A stretch of 61,843 bases of DNA from Candidatus Bathyarchaeota archaeon (GCA_018396655.1 JAGTQF010000001.1:1-61843); one strand, 5' to 3'; shown: positions 1 through 9,119, counted from the first letter of the stretch. Made by a program: numbers and translations. The notes: generated from the sequence alone by a model not told the origin.

Positions 1-268
1 GGTATCCTATAAACCCGCTATACTCAATGAAAATGCTTATGCTGAATATGAGGGTGCACATGGAAGCTATGCTAAAGTAGACTGCGCTGAAAGTGTCCAT
101 CAAATAATACTCTCTTCTCCTAATCTGTGGAACTAGTATGGCTATGGACGCTGTGAGCGCGAGGAGTACGCTAAAGCCGAAGCCAAAGCCAGATAAGATC
201 CAATAGAGAATCCATGGAATAAAGGAGAACGCGATATAAACCATTCCAAGAAACCTTCTAACGCCCAC
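1..268 (-). CDS. Membrane protein, N-terminal part (runs off the window edge)
   Basis: Not in the ORF track. Minus strand from GTG at 268 (or ATG at 244) reads MGVRRFLGMVYIAFSFIPWILYWILSGFGFGFSVLLALTASIAILVPQIRRREYYLMD..., open to position 1, with several hydrophobic helices. Confidence 0.7.
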   Translation of the reverse strand, partial: MGVRRFLGMVYIAFSFIPWILYWILSGFGFGFSVLLALTASIAILVPQIRRREYYLMDTFSAVYFSIASMCTLIFSISIFIEYSGFIGY

Positions 269-629
269 CCCAAAATCTCACCAATAAACCACTCAATTAA
301 TCAAACCATAAAAATAACATTATTATGATTATTTATTATTGAAGAGGATTAAGGATGGCTGGCTCGGATAGGGAAGAATGGACGCGAAGAAATGTTGGTC
401 ATGAAGAGTAAATAGTTCTTTAAAAGAGACTATTGGTCACGGAAACTTTGATAGAACCGTAATCCAGGAGCATAGTGTATAGGTCACCTTCGCCTATAGC
501 GATAAGAACCCCTTAGCAACATTACCATACCAACGCCTAGCATTACGCTTGATCTGGCTAATTGGCCTGGCTAACCAACAGACAGCCACCGAACATAAAA
601 AAGAAGTTATATTTAAGAGACCCAAACGG

Positions 630-729
630 TGGTGGACCGGGCGGGATTCGAACCCGCGACCTCCGCCGTTCTCGGCTCTTTATAATTATTCTTGCGAGGG
701 CGGCATTCATGCCACTAAACTACCGGCCC
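630..729 (-). tRNA. tRNA-Ala(CGC) with a 24-nt intron at the canonical 37/38 position (intron 669-692); CCA encoded
   Basis: Reverse complement GGGCCGG-TA-GTTTAGTGGCATGAAT-G-CCGCC-CTCGCA[intron]C-GGCGG-AGGTC-GCGGG-TTCGAAT-CCCGC-CCGGTCC-A-CCA. G3:U70 Ala identity pair; CTCG/CGAG bulge-helix-bulge helix. Confidence 0.95.
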
Positions 730-981
730 CTCTTCTGGCTATTCTCATAACCTTAAAAGTGAAATGCGAAATTTAATTTTTATTGTTAGGAATGATTTTT
801 TTGTAGGTCAGGAAATCTTTAAGCGTAAATGGCTGAAGTTGCGGTCTGCGTATTTTAGGACTTGCAAAAGCCATAGGTAAATGTGACTTTACTCAGCAAA
901 TGGCTGAGTATCTGTGGCTTTATGGCAAGCATTTTCGGACGAAAAACATATATTTGCTTTTAGTTAATCTTTGATTTTGGT

Positions 982-1181
982 CGGGCGGTAGCTCAGCCTG
1001 GTAGAGCTTCCGAGCCAGCCAACCTAATGTCAGATGCGTGGCTGGTGGAGAAGCTGTAGGCGCCTACCAAAAGGTAGGTGCCGCTCAGCCTACCAGGCGT
1101 ACAGAAACCGGAGTGTCGCAGGAGGACCCTTAAGGTTGGTGGTCTTGGGTCCGGCGAATTCAAATCCTGCCCGCCCGACCA
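982..1181 (+). tRNA. tRNA-Tyr(GTA) with three introns: 1013-1052 (30/31), 1060-1106 (37/38), 1123-1158 (53/54); CCA encoded
   Basis: Removing the three inserts gives CGGGCGG-TA-GCTCAGCCTGGTAGAGC-T-TCCGG-CTGTAGA-CCGGA-GTGTC-GCAGG-TTCAAAT-CCTGC-CCGCCCG-A-CCA (77 nt), with C1:G72 and A73 archaeal Tyr identity. Each insert ends in GAA and folds into a BHB-like junction. Confidence 0.9.
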
Positions 1182-1222
1182 CCAGAAACTTGCATATCTC
1201 GTTCTTGTTTTCGACTTGGATT

Positions 1223-1582
1223 TTATTGTTCAGGTCGTTCCTGGCTTACGCTTGCCGGCGTTTTCTCCGGTTGAGCTGATGGTTTAGGTCTAGTTCTATA
1301 CATTTGTATGCCGTAGGCCACCACCTTTGAGGCTATATAGCCTAATACGAACAAAAGGAGGATTGGAATTAAATATGCCGCTCCATATATTAATGTTGAG
1401 AGAAGCCAATCCCCTTGAGTTTTAGAAGAAGGAAGAAGCGCGGTGAATGCTACCAGTTTGTTTGGATCTAAAATGAATGTGAGACCGGTATAGAATGTGA
1501 GGATTAGTAGGAAGATGCCCAAAAAGAACACTATTATGCCGGAGATGGTGCCAACTTTACTTAGGGAGTCTAATTCTTGCAA
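1223..1582 (-). CDS. Hypothetical membrane protein (2 predicted TM helices)
   Basis: 119-aa ORF with two long hydrophobic segments and a polar C-terminal tail. Confidence 0.7.
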   Translation of the reverse strand: MQELDSLSKVGTISGIIVFFLGIFLLILTFYTGLTFILDPNKLVAFTALLPSSKTQGDWLLSTLIYGAAYLIPILLLFVLGYIASKVVAYGIQMYRTRPKPSAQPEKTPASVSQERPEQ

Positions 1583-1658
1583 TATTTAGCAGTTCTCCTT
1601 CTCTATTGTTATTATTCTTTGCTCCCTAAAAATATTTAAGACTTAAAAACTTAGTTTA

Positions 1659-2324
1659 TTAATGCTCATCCGGTTTACTCTTTTGTTTTTGGAGGGTCTC
1701 TTCTTTTGGCAAGATTAATTTCTCCCAGTCTATCTTTAGCATTATAACGATTATCGCAATCAATAGTATTGTTGATATGAGCATCATCCCTACGTTGTTT
1801 TCTTCGCCTCCATAAATCATCTTTATAATGCCTATTGAGAGACGACCACCATAAGCAAGTATAAGGCTCATTGTTATCTTTCCAAGTATACATGGTATAA
1901 AGGCTTTGAAGAAATTATAGCGCATTATTCCAAGCGGTACGAAGAGCAGGTCGTCTGGAAGCGGTGTCAGGGCAAATATAAAGATCGCTATTGAACCATA
2001 ACGATCGAATATCCTCAACACGTACTCCATCTTCCTCTTTCTCTCATCGCTTATAACAGCCCTGCCATAATATCCTATTATGTAGCCAGAGAACTCGCCT
2101 AATGCTGCTCCAGCTCCGGCGGAGAATGCTAATAAGAGTGGGTCTAATATCTCTCCTAGTATAAGTATTAGGGCCGTGTATGGTATCGGAACAATTATGG
2201 ATGCGGTGCCAATGAAACTTGTTATAAAAATTCCGAGATAACCATATTGCATAGCGATGCTTCTTAACCAGGAGTCAAGTTGCTCAAGCCAAGAGATGTC
2301 TTGCCAAAGACGTGCCAAATGCAA
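1659..2324 (-). CDS. DedA/VTT (SNARE-associated Golgi, YqaA-like) membrane protein
   Basis: GAALGE..GY..G and FALTPLPDD motifs, multiple TM helices. Confidence 0.85.
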   Translation of the reverse strand: MHLARLWQDISWLEQLDSWLRSIAMQYGYLGIFITSFIGTASIIVPIPYTALILILGEILDPLLLAFSAGAGAALGEFSGYIIGYYGRAVISDERKRKMEYVLRIFDRYGSIAIFIFALTPLPDDLLFVPLGIMRYNFFKAFIPCILGKITMSLILAYGGRLSIGIIKMIYGGEENNVGMMLISTILLIAIIVIMLKIDWEKLILPKEETLQKQKSKPDEH

Positions 2325-2439
2325 TATTTAAACACACCATGAGTGTAATCTAGATTTTCACAATTTTCCAGAGGGGTGAGGATGCTTAAAAATCTATGCC
2401 TCAGAAGTTTTAAATTCACCATATTCCTTAATAGTATTC

Positions 2440-5148
2440 TTGGATAGGTCTGGAATGCCGCAAACGCAGAAAAGCCTAGATGAATTTTACAATATATTCA
2501 GGGAAGAGAACCTTAAGACTAATGCTAGTTTAGACTCTGAATCTGAGGATATGCTTGGGGAGGAAGAGGAGCTAATTATCGAGCATGTTGAGGAGGAGAG
2601 AACACCAAGAGATCTTCCACCTTCATATCTTGTCTCAGCGGGCTACGATGGTTCTAAAGGTGTTGCCTATCTTAAGCTCTATGAACCTATCTCACAGCGC
2701 ATATACTTCTGGTATGATAATACTGGCCATAAGCCATACCTGCTTACCAATATTCCGCCCGAAGAGCTTATGAAGCTCGAGAGGGTCATAAATCATCCAA
2801 GCTTCGACCATCTTGAAGTTATTGAGAAATATGATGCTCTCTATGATCGAAAGATTGCTGTAACTAAGGTTGTTGCTAAGGACCCGCTTGCCATTGGTGG
2901 GCGCCCGAAAGGCTGCCTAAGAGATATTATTCCAGAGGATTATCGATTGATTTTCGGCGAGAATAAGGAGGTTAAGATTTGGGAAGCTGCTATTAGATAC
3001 TATCAGTGTTACATTTATGATCGAGGTTTACAGCCGGGCATGCTCTATAAGATTGAGAATGGCGAATTAATTCCATATGTTCAGGATGACGCTGAGAGAA
3101 ACGTTAGGAGGATAATTGAGGAATTCTTTAAGGATGAGAGTGGTGACCTATTACGCTATCTAGAGGTTTGGGCTAGGCTCCTTGAGTATCCAGCTCCCAA
3201 AATGCGCCGTGTCGCTCTTGATATAGAGGTTTATTCGCCAGTTGCAACCCGCGTTCCAGATCCGGAGGAGGCTTCTCAGCCGGTTATATGCGCCTCGCTT
3301 GTTGGCTCTGATGGAAGGAAGAGGGTTCTTCTACTTAAGCGAGAGGGCATTGAAGTGGGGGAAATGAACCTTCCAAGCGATGTCTTAATTGAATTCTACG
3401 CTTCTGAGAGGGATCTTATTGAATCTATCTTTAATGCTTTAAATGATTATCCGTTTGTTATAACTTTTAATGGTGATGATTTTGACTTAAATTATCTTTA
3501 TCATAGGGCTAAAAATCTTGGTTTCGCGAAAAAGGATATCCCCATTGAGAGGGGTCAGAAAATCTGCCTATTGAGGCGTGGCATCCACATAGATTTGTAT
3601 AGGTTTTTCCTTAATAGGTCGATTCAGGTTTATGCTTTCGGTCAAAAGTATCGCAATGTAACGCTTGATGAGGTTGCGCAAGCACTTCTTGGCAAATCTA
3701 AGATAGAGCTTACTAAGCCGGTTTCTGAGGTTTCTTATGGCGAGCTTGCGAGGTATTGTCTGAATGATGCTGAGCTAACCTTTGCCCTCACATCGTATAA
3801 TGATGAGCTTGTAATGAAGCTTCTTTTTGTTCTGACTAGAATAAGCCGTATGCCTATGGAGGATGTTAGCCGGCAGGGTGTATCGAAATGGATTCGCAGT
3901 TTCATGCAGTATGAACATCGCAGGAGAAACATGCTAATACCAAATAGTGATGATATAATTGCTGCTAGGGGGACTACTGCCACTAAGGCGATAATTAAGG
4001 GCAAAAAGTATATGGGCGCCATTGTTGTTAGACCGCTTCCTGGTGTCCACTTTAATATTATTGTTATGGACTTTCAGAGTCTATATCCATCGATAATTAA
4101 GGTTTATAATTTGGGTTATCAAACCGTTAGATGTGTTCATGAGGAATGTCGAGATAATATTGTTCCGGAGACACCTCATTGGATATGTAAAAAGCATAGA
4201 GCGCTTGAAAGTGCACTTATTGGCTCGCTTAGAGATTTAAGGGTTAAATGGTATAAGCCTAAAGCCAAAGATAAGTCTCTTCCAAGCGAGCAGAGGGATT
4301 GGTATAATGTGATACAGAGCGCTTTAAAGGTCATCTTAAATGCCTCCTATGGTGTTTTTGGAGCCGAAGTCTTCGACCTTTATTGTCCGCCAGCAGCTGA
4401 GGCAACATCCGCAATTGGTCGAAGTATAATCACGCAGACAATAAATAAGGCGCGTGAGATGGGAATCGAGGTAATATACGGCGATACGGATAGCCTCTTC
4501 CTTAAGAATCCAACGCCTGAGCAAATTAAGATTTTAGTTGAGTGGGCTGAAAAAGCGTTGGGTATGGAGCTTGAGGCAGACAAATACTATCGATATGCTG
4601 TCTTAAGCTCTAGGAAGAAGAATTATCTGGGCGTTCTCGAGGATGGAACTGTTGATGTTAAGGGTCTTACTGGCAAGAAGAGGCACATACCATTATTTAT
4701 AAAGAGGTATTTTGATAAGATTGAGGATATATTGAGCCGCGTGAAGACCCCGGCGGAATTTGAACTAGCGAAGAAGGATATTGAGAGAACTATACGTGAG
4801 TGTTACATGAGACTTAAGAACCGCGAGTGGGATGACATAAACGACTTAGCTTTCGAGGTTGTTTTGGGGAAGGTCCCAAAAGCCTATAATAAAACCACCC
4901 CGCAGCATGTTAAGGCGGCCTATATATTGCAGGCAAGAGGGATTGAGGTTAAGGCAGGGGACACTATAAGGTTTGTGAAAGTCATTAAGGAGCCATTCGT
5001 TAAGCCAGTCCAGCTGGCAACATCTAAGGAAATAGATGTGGATAAATATATTGGATATTTAAGGTCCACATTCGACCAGATTCTCGACGCATTGAATTTG
5101 GAGTTTGATGAGATTATCGGGTTAACGAAGCTTGAGCAGTTTATGTGA
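2440..5148 (+). CDS. polB1: Family B DNA polymerase, PolB1 type (ATG start probably 2455)
   Basis: ExoI DIE, ExoII FNGDDFD, polymerase motifs DFQSLYPS, K...NASYG, YGDTDS, KKNY; crenarchaeal PolB1-like N-terminus DNTGHKPY; no intein. Confidence 0.95.
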   Translation: MDRSGMPQTQKSLDEFYNIFREENLKTNASLDSESEDMLGEEEELIIEHVEEERTPRDLPPSYLVSAGYDGSKGVAYLKLYEPISQRIYFWYDNTGHKPYLLTNIPPEELMKLERVINHPSFDHLEVIEKYDALYDRKIAVTKVVAKDPLAIGGRPKGCLRDIIPEDYRLIFGENKEVKIWEAAIRYYQCYIYDRGLQPGMLYKIENGELIPYVQDDAERNVRRIIEEFFKDESGDLLRYLEVWARLLEYPAPKMRRVALDIEVYSPVATRVPDPEEASQPVICASLVGSDGRKRVLLLKREGIEVGEMNLPSDVLIEFYASERDLIESIFNALNDYPFVITFNGDDFDLNYLYHRAKNLGFAKKDIPIERGQKICLLRRGIHIDLYRFFLNRSIQVYAFGQKYRNVTLDEVAQALLGKSKIELTKPVSEVSYGELARYCLNDAELTFALTSYNDELVMKLLFVLTRISRMPMEDVSRQGVSKWIRSFMQYEHRRRNMLIPNSDDIIAARGTTATKAIIKGKKYMGAIVVRPLPGVHFNIIVMDFQSLYPSIIKVYNLGYQTVRCVHEECRDNIVPETPHWICKKHRALESALIGSLRDLRVKWYKPKAKDKSLPSEQRDWYNVIQSALKVILNASYGVFGAEVFDLYCPPAAEATSAIGRSIITQTINKAREMGIEVIYGDTDSLFLKNPTPEQIKILVEWAEKALGMELEADKYYRYAVLSSRKKNYLGVLEDGTVDVKGLTGKKRHIPLFIKRYFDKIEDILSRVKTPAEFELAKKDIERTIRECYMRLKNREWDDINDLAFEVVLGKVPKAYNKTTPQHVKAAYILQARGIEVKAGDTIRFVKVIKEPFVKPVQLATSKEIDVDKYIGYLRSTFDQILDALNLEFDEIIGLTKLEQFM

Positions 5149-5189
5149 GGGCGCTGAAATGCCTAGAGCGCTAGATTAGTGAGCACATA

Positions 5190-5645
5190 TTATAATTGTA
5201 TGCCTATTTTCTTTAGGAGCAATTTAGCGGTTCGCGTTAACGGTATATTTTTTATTTCTTCTGGTGTGAACCAGCGGGCCTCAAGCACTTCGGAAGAAGG
5301 TTTTATCTCAGTTTTTTCTGAAAGAGGCTTAGCTCTAAAATCTATGAGCACATAATGGAATTTCACTCTGCCGTCTTCATCCATAATTATGTTTTCTACA
5401 ACATCTATTAGCTCGCCTATCTCGACCGGTATTCCGGTCTCTTCCTCAACCTCACGCTTAGCAGCCTCCTTAAGGGTTTCGCCAACCTCAAGGAGCCCTC
5501 CGGGTATAGACCATAAGCCTCTTCCGGGCTCATTTGCTCTTTGAATCAATAGAATTTTGTTGTCCATTTGGACTACTGCACCAACCCCAATTAATGGCAT
5601 TTCTGGGTAAACCCTCTTTGGGCTGTGGTGCTTTTCGCTATTCAT
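5190..5645 (-). CDS. NUDIX hydrolase (ADP-ribose pyrophosphatase-like)
   Basis: Nudix box GGLLEVGETLKEAAKREVEEETG. Confidence 0.9.
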   Translation of the reverse strand: MNSEKHHSPKRVYPEMPLIGVGAVVQMDNKILLIQRANEPGRGLWSIPGGLLEVGETLKEAAKREVEEETGIPVEIGELIDVVENIIMDEDGRVKFHYVLIDFRAKPLSEKTEIKPSSEVLEARWFTPEEIKNIPLTRTAKLLLKKIGIQL

Positions 5646-5888
5646 GTCATCTCGCTTCCTTCCGGATACTATTTTTATCGTCGGATTTGAAAAGGTTATT
5701 CTTCATTTAAAAGTGCACGCGCATATATTGGGCTCTTTAATCACGGAATGTATTATTTTTTGCCCCTAAGGTTAATGTCATCAGTATTTGGGAAAGTTTT
5801 GGAGATACATGAGGCTATTAACAAGCAATATAACTCATGCAGCTTTCAGAACTTTTAAGGTTAAACTGCAATTTGAGAGGTTATCAGA

Positions 5889-6254
5889 TTGGCTGAGCCT
5901 ATTGGGAGAAAATCTATTAAGAAGACTTTAGAGAGCCTGAAGGCTTATGTAAACCTTAAGTCGGACCTCTTTAAGGTTGAGGAAAAGTGCTTTTATAAGA
6001 TGCTTGAGGATTTGAAGAGGGAGATTGATGCTGAGGATAGGAACAGGAGGGATATTGATTTTCTCAGTACGGTTCTGGACTACAGTAATATTGTGAGCGA
6101 TTTTATTAGGGCATTACTGCTCTACATAGAAGCCCTCGAATCCTACATTTCCGAGCTAGATGAGACTTTTGATAGCTTACTTGAGGATGCTAGAAAGGCT
6201 GCTGAGCAGCAGATTCAGGAGAATAATCGTAATAAACCGTCCTTTTATGGTTAA
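5889..6254 (+). CDS. Hypothetical all-helical/coiled-coil protein
   Basis: 121-aa ORF, TTG start after GAGAGG, upstream TTTTAAG TATA-like box, heptad-like pattern. Confidence 0.65.
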   Translation: MAEPIGRKSIKKTLESLKAYVNLKSDLFKVEEKCFYKMLEDLKREIDAEDRNRRDIDFLSTVLDYSNIVSDFIRALLLYIEALESYISELDETFDSLLEDARKAAEQQIQENNRNKPSFYG

Positions 6255-6271
6255 ATTTTTGGGCGCTATAT

Positions 6272-6309
6272 TGATACCTCCCTATCTTCCTAATAGTCTC
6301 TCCCTCTCT
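6272..6309. repeat. Dispersed intergenic motif, copy A (copy B at 38215-38254)
   Basis: TGATACCTCCCTATC (15/15 identical to copy B) + 6-nt spacer + ATAGTCTCTCCCTCTCT (16/17 identical). Confidence 0.8.
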
Positions 6310-6351
6310 CCTATCGTGCTCTGTCAAGTTATTCTTCCCATAATTGGCAAG

Positions 6352-6381
6352 TCTTTTAAGGGAAAACCCCTTCTTAAAAGA
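6352..6381. promoter_or_regulatory. Inverted repeat TCTTTTAAG-N12-CTTAAAAGA; back-to-back TATA-like boxes or an operator upstream of the thiolase-like gene
   Basis: Perfect 9-bp inverted repeat; each arm contains TTTTAAG. Confidence 0.45.
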
Positions 6382-6406
6382 GGATTGATATTAGGAAGGA
6401 TGTTTA

Positions 6407-7615
6407 ATGAGGGAGAAGCCTGCGATAATTGGCGTTGGCAGAACCAGATTTGGCGAGCACTATGAACTGGACCCTGAGGATTTAATTGATGAGGCTGGCT
6501 TAATGGCTTTGGATTCGGCTGGAATAGAGCGTAGGGATTTGGAGGCATGCTATATCTCGGACTACCTCTTGCAGGTTACCAACAAAATAGGTTTGGAAGA
6601 AGGATTTATTTCGCAGCTTTTAGAGATGAACATACCAGTTGAGAAAATGAGGTCTTTTAGCTCGGCGCTTATGAATGCCTGCAATGCCATAGAGGCTGGT
6701 AAGTATGATGTCGTCTTGGTTGGCGGAATGGAGAAGATGACTGATAGGTGGAGTAAGATAAGGGATAATCTGATGCTTCTAGTAGACCATTGGAGCTATT
6801 ACGCTGGTGGAACACCCGAAGCGAATCATGAATTACTCCTCAGAGAATATATTAAGGAATATAATATTCGCGGCGAGGACCAGCAGAAGCTCATGACGAC
6901 CCTAGCCCACATATCAGTTAAAAACCATCGCAATGCTGTTTTGAATGAGTATGCACATTTCCGAAGGGAAATTGATGTTAAGAGGGTTTTCGCCGCTAGG
7001 GCTGAGGAGCAGAAAATGCTTGGATTATATGATTTTGCGCCTATATCTGATGGGGCGACAGCTTTAATACTGGCAAGCCCAAGAAAAGCCAGAGAATACA
7101 CGGACAATATGGTCTACGTGATATCTTCCTCACTGGCAACAGACTTCATATCTTATCCTTCTAGACCCTACAGAACCGGTTTCTTAGCGAGCAGAATTGC
7201 CATGGAGAAGGCCCTCAAAATGGCGGGCATAAGCTTAGAGGACATAAAACTGCTTGAGGTCTATGACCAATCAACTGTTCTTGAGATGATATCGCTTGAA
7301 GATTTAGGTTTCGTTGAGAGGGGGACGGCTTGGATAAAACTTTACAAGAACTTCGAGGATTTTAAGGGCTACTATGATGTTGATGGAAAGCGGATTTACG
7401 TGAATACTAATGGTGGATTGAAGGCTGATGGGAACCCTCTCGGCGCAACTGGTGGAGCACAGATATTTGAGGTTGTTAAACAGCTTATGGGTGAAGCAGG
7501 CCAGAGACAGATAAAGCCGGATGGCGACTTTCTTTATGGCTGCGTTCAGGAGATTGAGGGCTTTGGAACTAAAGTTTATATCCACATCTTAGGGAGGGAG
7601 AAGGGTGGGAAGTGA
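6407..7615 (+). CDS. Archaeal acetyl-CoA acetyltransferase (thiolase) homologue, apparently catalytically inactive
   Basis: Thiolase motifs IIGVGRTRFGE, VLVGGMEKMTD, SVKNH, PISDGA, VNTNGGLKA.G.PLGATG. Catalytic Cys loop, GHP His and other active-site residues are altered. Confidence 0.85.
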   Translation: MREKPAIIGVGRTRFGEHYELDPEDLIDEAGLMALDSAGIERRDLEACYISDYLLQVTNKIGLEEGFISQLLEMNIPVEKMRSFSSALMNACNAIEAGKYDVVLVGGMEKMTDRWSKIRDNLMLLVDHWSYYAGGTPEANHELLLREYIKEYNIRGEDQQKLMTTLAHISVKNHRNAVLNEYAHFRREIDVKRVFAARAEEQKMLGLYDFAPISDGATALILASPRKAREYTDNMVYVISSSLATDFISYPSRPYRTGFLASRIAMEKALKMAGISLEDIKLLEVYDQSTVLEMISLEDLGFVERGTAWIKLYKNFEDFKGYYDVDGKRIYVNTNGGLKADGNPLGATGGAQIFEVVKQLMGEAGQRQIKPDGDFLYGCVQEIEGFGTKVYIHILGREKGGK

Positions 7616-9119
7616 GCCTATAGAGAGGAGAGTTGCATATATAGGTGATAGGCTTAAGGGTAGCAGGTGCCCCTTCTGTGGAAAAGAATACTTTAGACCA
7701 AGAAAGTATTGTGGGAGTTGTGGCAGGAAAAGTCTTGGAAAAATGGAGGATATAGACTTCTTCTACGAGAAGGGGATTTTGGAGACATGCACTGTTATTA
7801 GGGAGCCGACAAATAGATTCACAAGGCTCGGAGCTTACATTTATGGAATTGTCTCCTTCCATAATGGAAGGGTTAGAGTACCTGGTAGATTAACAGATAT
7901 CATCATTAAAGGTGATGAGACAATTAGCCCGGAGGTTTTCGAGGGCAGGGAAGTTGTTCCAAGATTTAGGCGAAGATACTCCGTTGATAGAAGCGACATT
8001 ATACCCACAATATCCCTAGCATTTACATTCGCCGACGAATATTACCCATATCAGCAATACGATATTATTAAGCCGAGCAAGGAATACGACGTGCCTGGAA
8101 TAGTCGGTTATGGCGTATATATTTCGAGATTTAGGATTAAGGAGGGAGCTATGGAGCGCTCAGTCCCATTCATAGATGAGGATGCAATAACAGCAGCCGT
8201 TGAGGCTGGAAAACTCGCCCTAATACATTCAGGTATCGACCATAGGCTCGTGGGCAAAATATATGTTGGTTCAGAATCAAATCCCTACGCAGTTAATCCA
8301 ATAGCATCGAAGGTTGCGCAAGTCCTTAAGCTCGGCGAGGAGGAGAAGGCCGAGGGTGTTCAAGGGGTTGATGCTGTCGATACGGAGTTTGCATGTAAGG
8401 CTGCAACGAGCATGTTCAAGGACGCTATGGCCCTAGTATATTATCCAAGAGACCCAATGGATTATGTTATGGTTATAGGCGCCGACAATGCCCAGGCAGC
8501 ACCAAGAGGTGAGCCCGGAGGAGAACTCGATTTCTTCGTTGGGTTTGGTGGGGCAGCCTTCATATTTGGCATGAAAGATGTCATAGCCGAGGTTGAGGGA
8601 TGGTATTCATGCACATCAGATACGCCGGACTTCTGGAGGAGGGACCTAGAGCCATACCCAAGACACGGTGGCAGATTTACTGGCGAACCAGCCTACTTCA
8701 AGCATATTATAAAAGCTGGTAGAAAACTCATGGAGAAAATGAACCTTAAACCAAGTGACATAGACTATTTCGTCTGCCATCAGCCAAATCCAGCCTTCCC
8801 AGCCAGGGCTGCAGCAACCTTAGGCTTCAAGCCAGAGCAATACTTGCCGGGACTACAGGTCTCAAAGTTCGGCAACACGTACTCTGGCTCTTCACCAATA
8901 GGCCTAGCCGCCATATTAGATCAGGCTGAGCCGCATAAGAGGATAATGATTGTGAGTTATGGTTCTGGTGCTGGAAGCGATGCATATGTATTCGTTACAA
9001 CGAGCCAGATTAAGGATAAAAGGGAGCGGCAGAAGTTCACTGTAAAATATCAGGCTGAGAATAAATTCATAAACTACGTGGACTACGCAACCTACAGAAG
9101 ATTTAAAGAGGGACTCTAA
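7605..9119 (+). CDS. DUF35 (Zn-ribbon/OB) domain fused to hydroxymethylglutaryl-CoA synthase
   Basis: N-terminal LKGSRCPFCG...PRKYCGSCG and P.FRR (DUF35); C-terminal DEDAIT, GSES.PYAV.P, EFACKA, DFWRR, HQPN, GNTYSG, SYGSGAGSD (archaeal HMGCS). Confidence 0.93.
   Translation: MGSEPIERRVAYIGDRLKGSRCPFCGKEYFRPRKYCGSCGRKSLGKMEDIDFFYEKGILETCTVIREPTNRFTRLGAYIYGIVSFHNGRVRVPGRLTDIIIKGDETISPEVFEGREVVPRFRRRYSVDRSDIIPTISLAFTFADEYYPYQQYDIIKPSKEYDVPGIVGYGVYISRFRIKEGAMERSVPFIDEDAITAAVEAGKLALIHSGIDHRLVGKIYVGSESNPYAVNPIASKVAQVLKLGEEEKAEGVQGVDAVDTEFACKAATSMFKDAMALVYYPRDPMDYVMVIGADNAQAAPRGEPGGELDFFVGFGGAAFIFGMKDVIAEVEGWYSCTSDTPDFWRRDLEPYPRHGGRFTGEPAYFKHIIKAGRKLMEKMNLKPSDIDYFVCHQPNPAFPARAAATLGFKPEQYLPGLQVSKFGNTYSGSSPIGLAAILDQAEPHKRIMIVSYGSGAGSDAYVFVTTSQIKDKRERQKFTVKYQAENKFINYVDYATYRRFKEGL

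Noticed and set aside
300-600. Possible gene remnant or integration scar downstream of tRNA-Ala
   Set aside because: Only short broken frames; no tRNA 3'-end duplication or integrase within the window.
1179-1184. CCACCA at the 3' end of tRNA-Tyr, resembling the CCACCA degradation tag
   Set aside because: That tag is added post-transcriptionally; a genomic trailer would be trimmed, and three extra matching bases are easily chance.
549-1287. ORF-track ORFs 549-776, 562-750, 1034-1279 and 1078-1287
   Set aside because: They overlap the two tRNA genes and have no protein-like features.
6407-7615. Selenocysteine or frameshift explanation for the missing thiolase Cys
   Set aside because: The ORF is continuous with no in-frame TGA, and several other catalytic positions are independently substituted.
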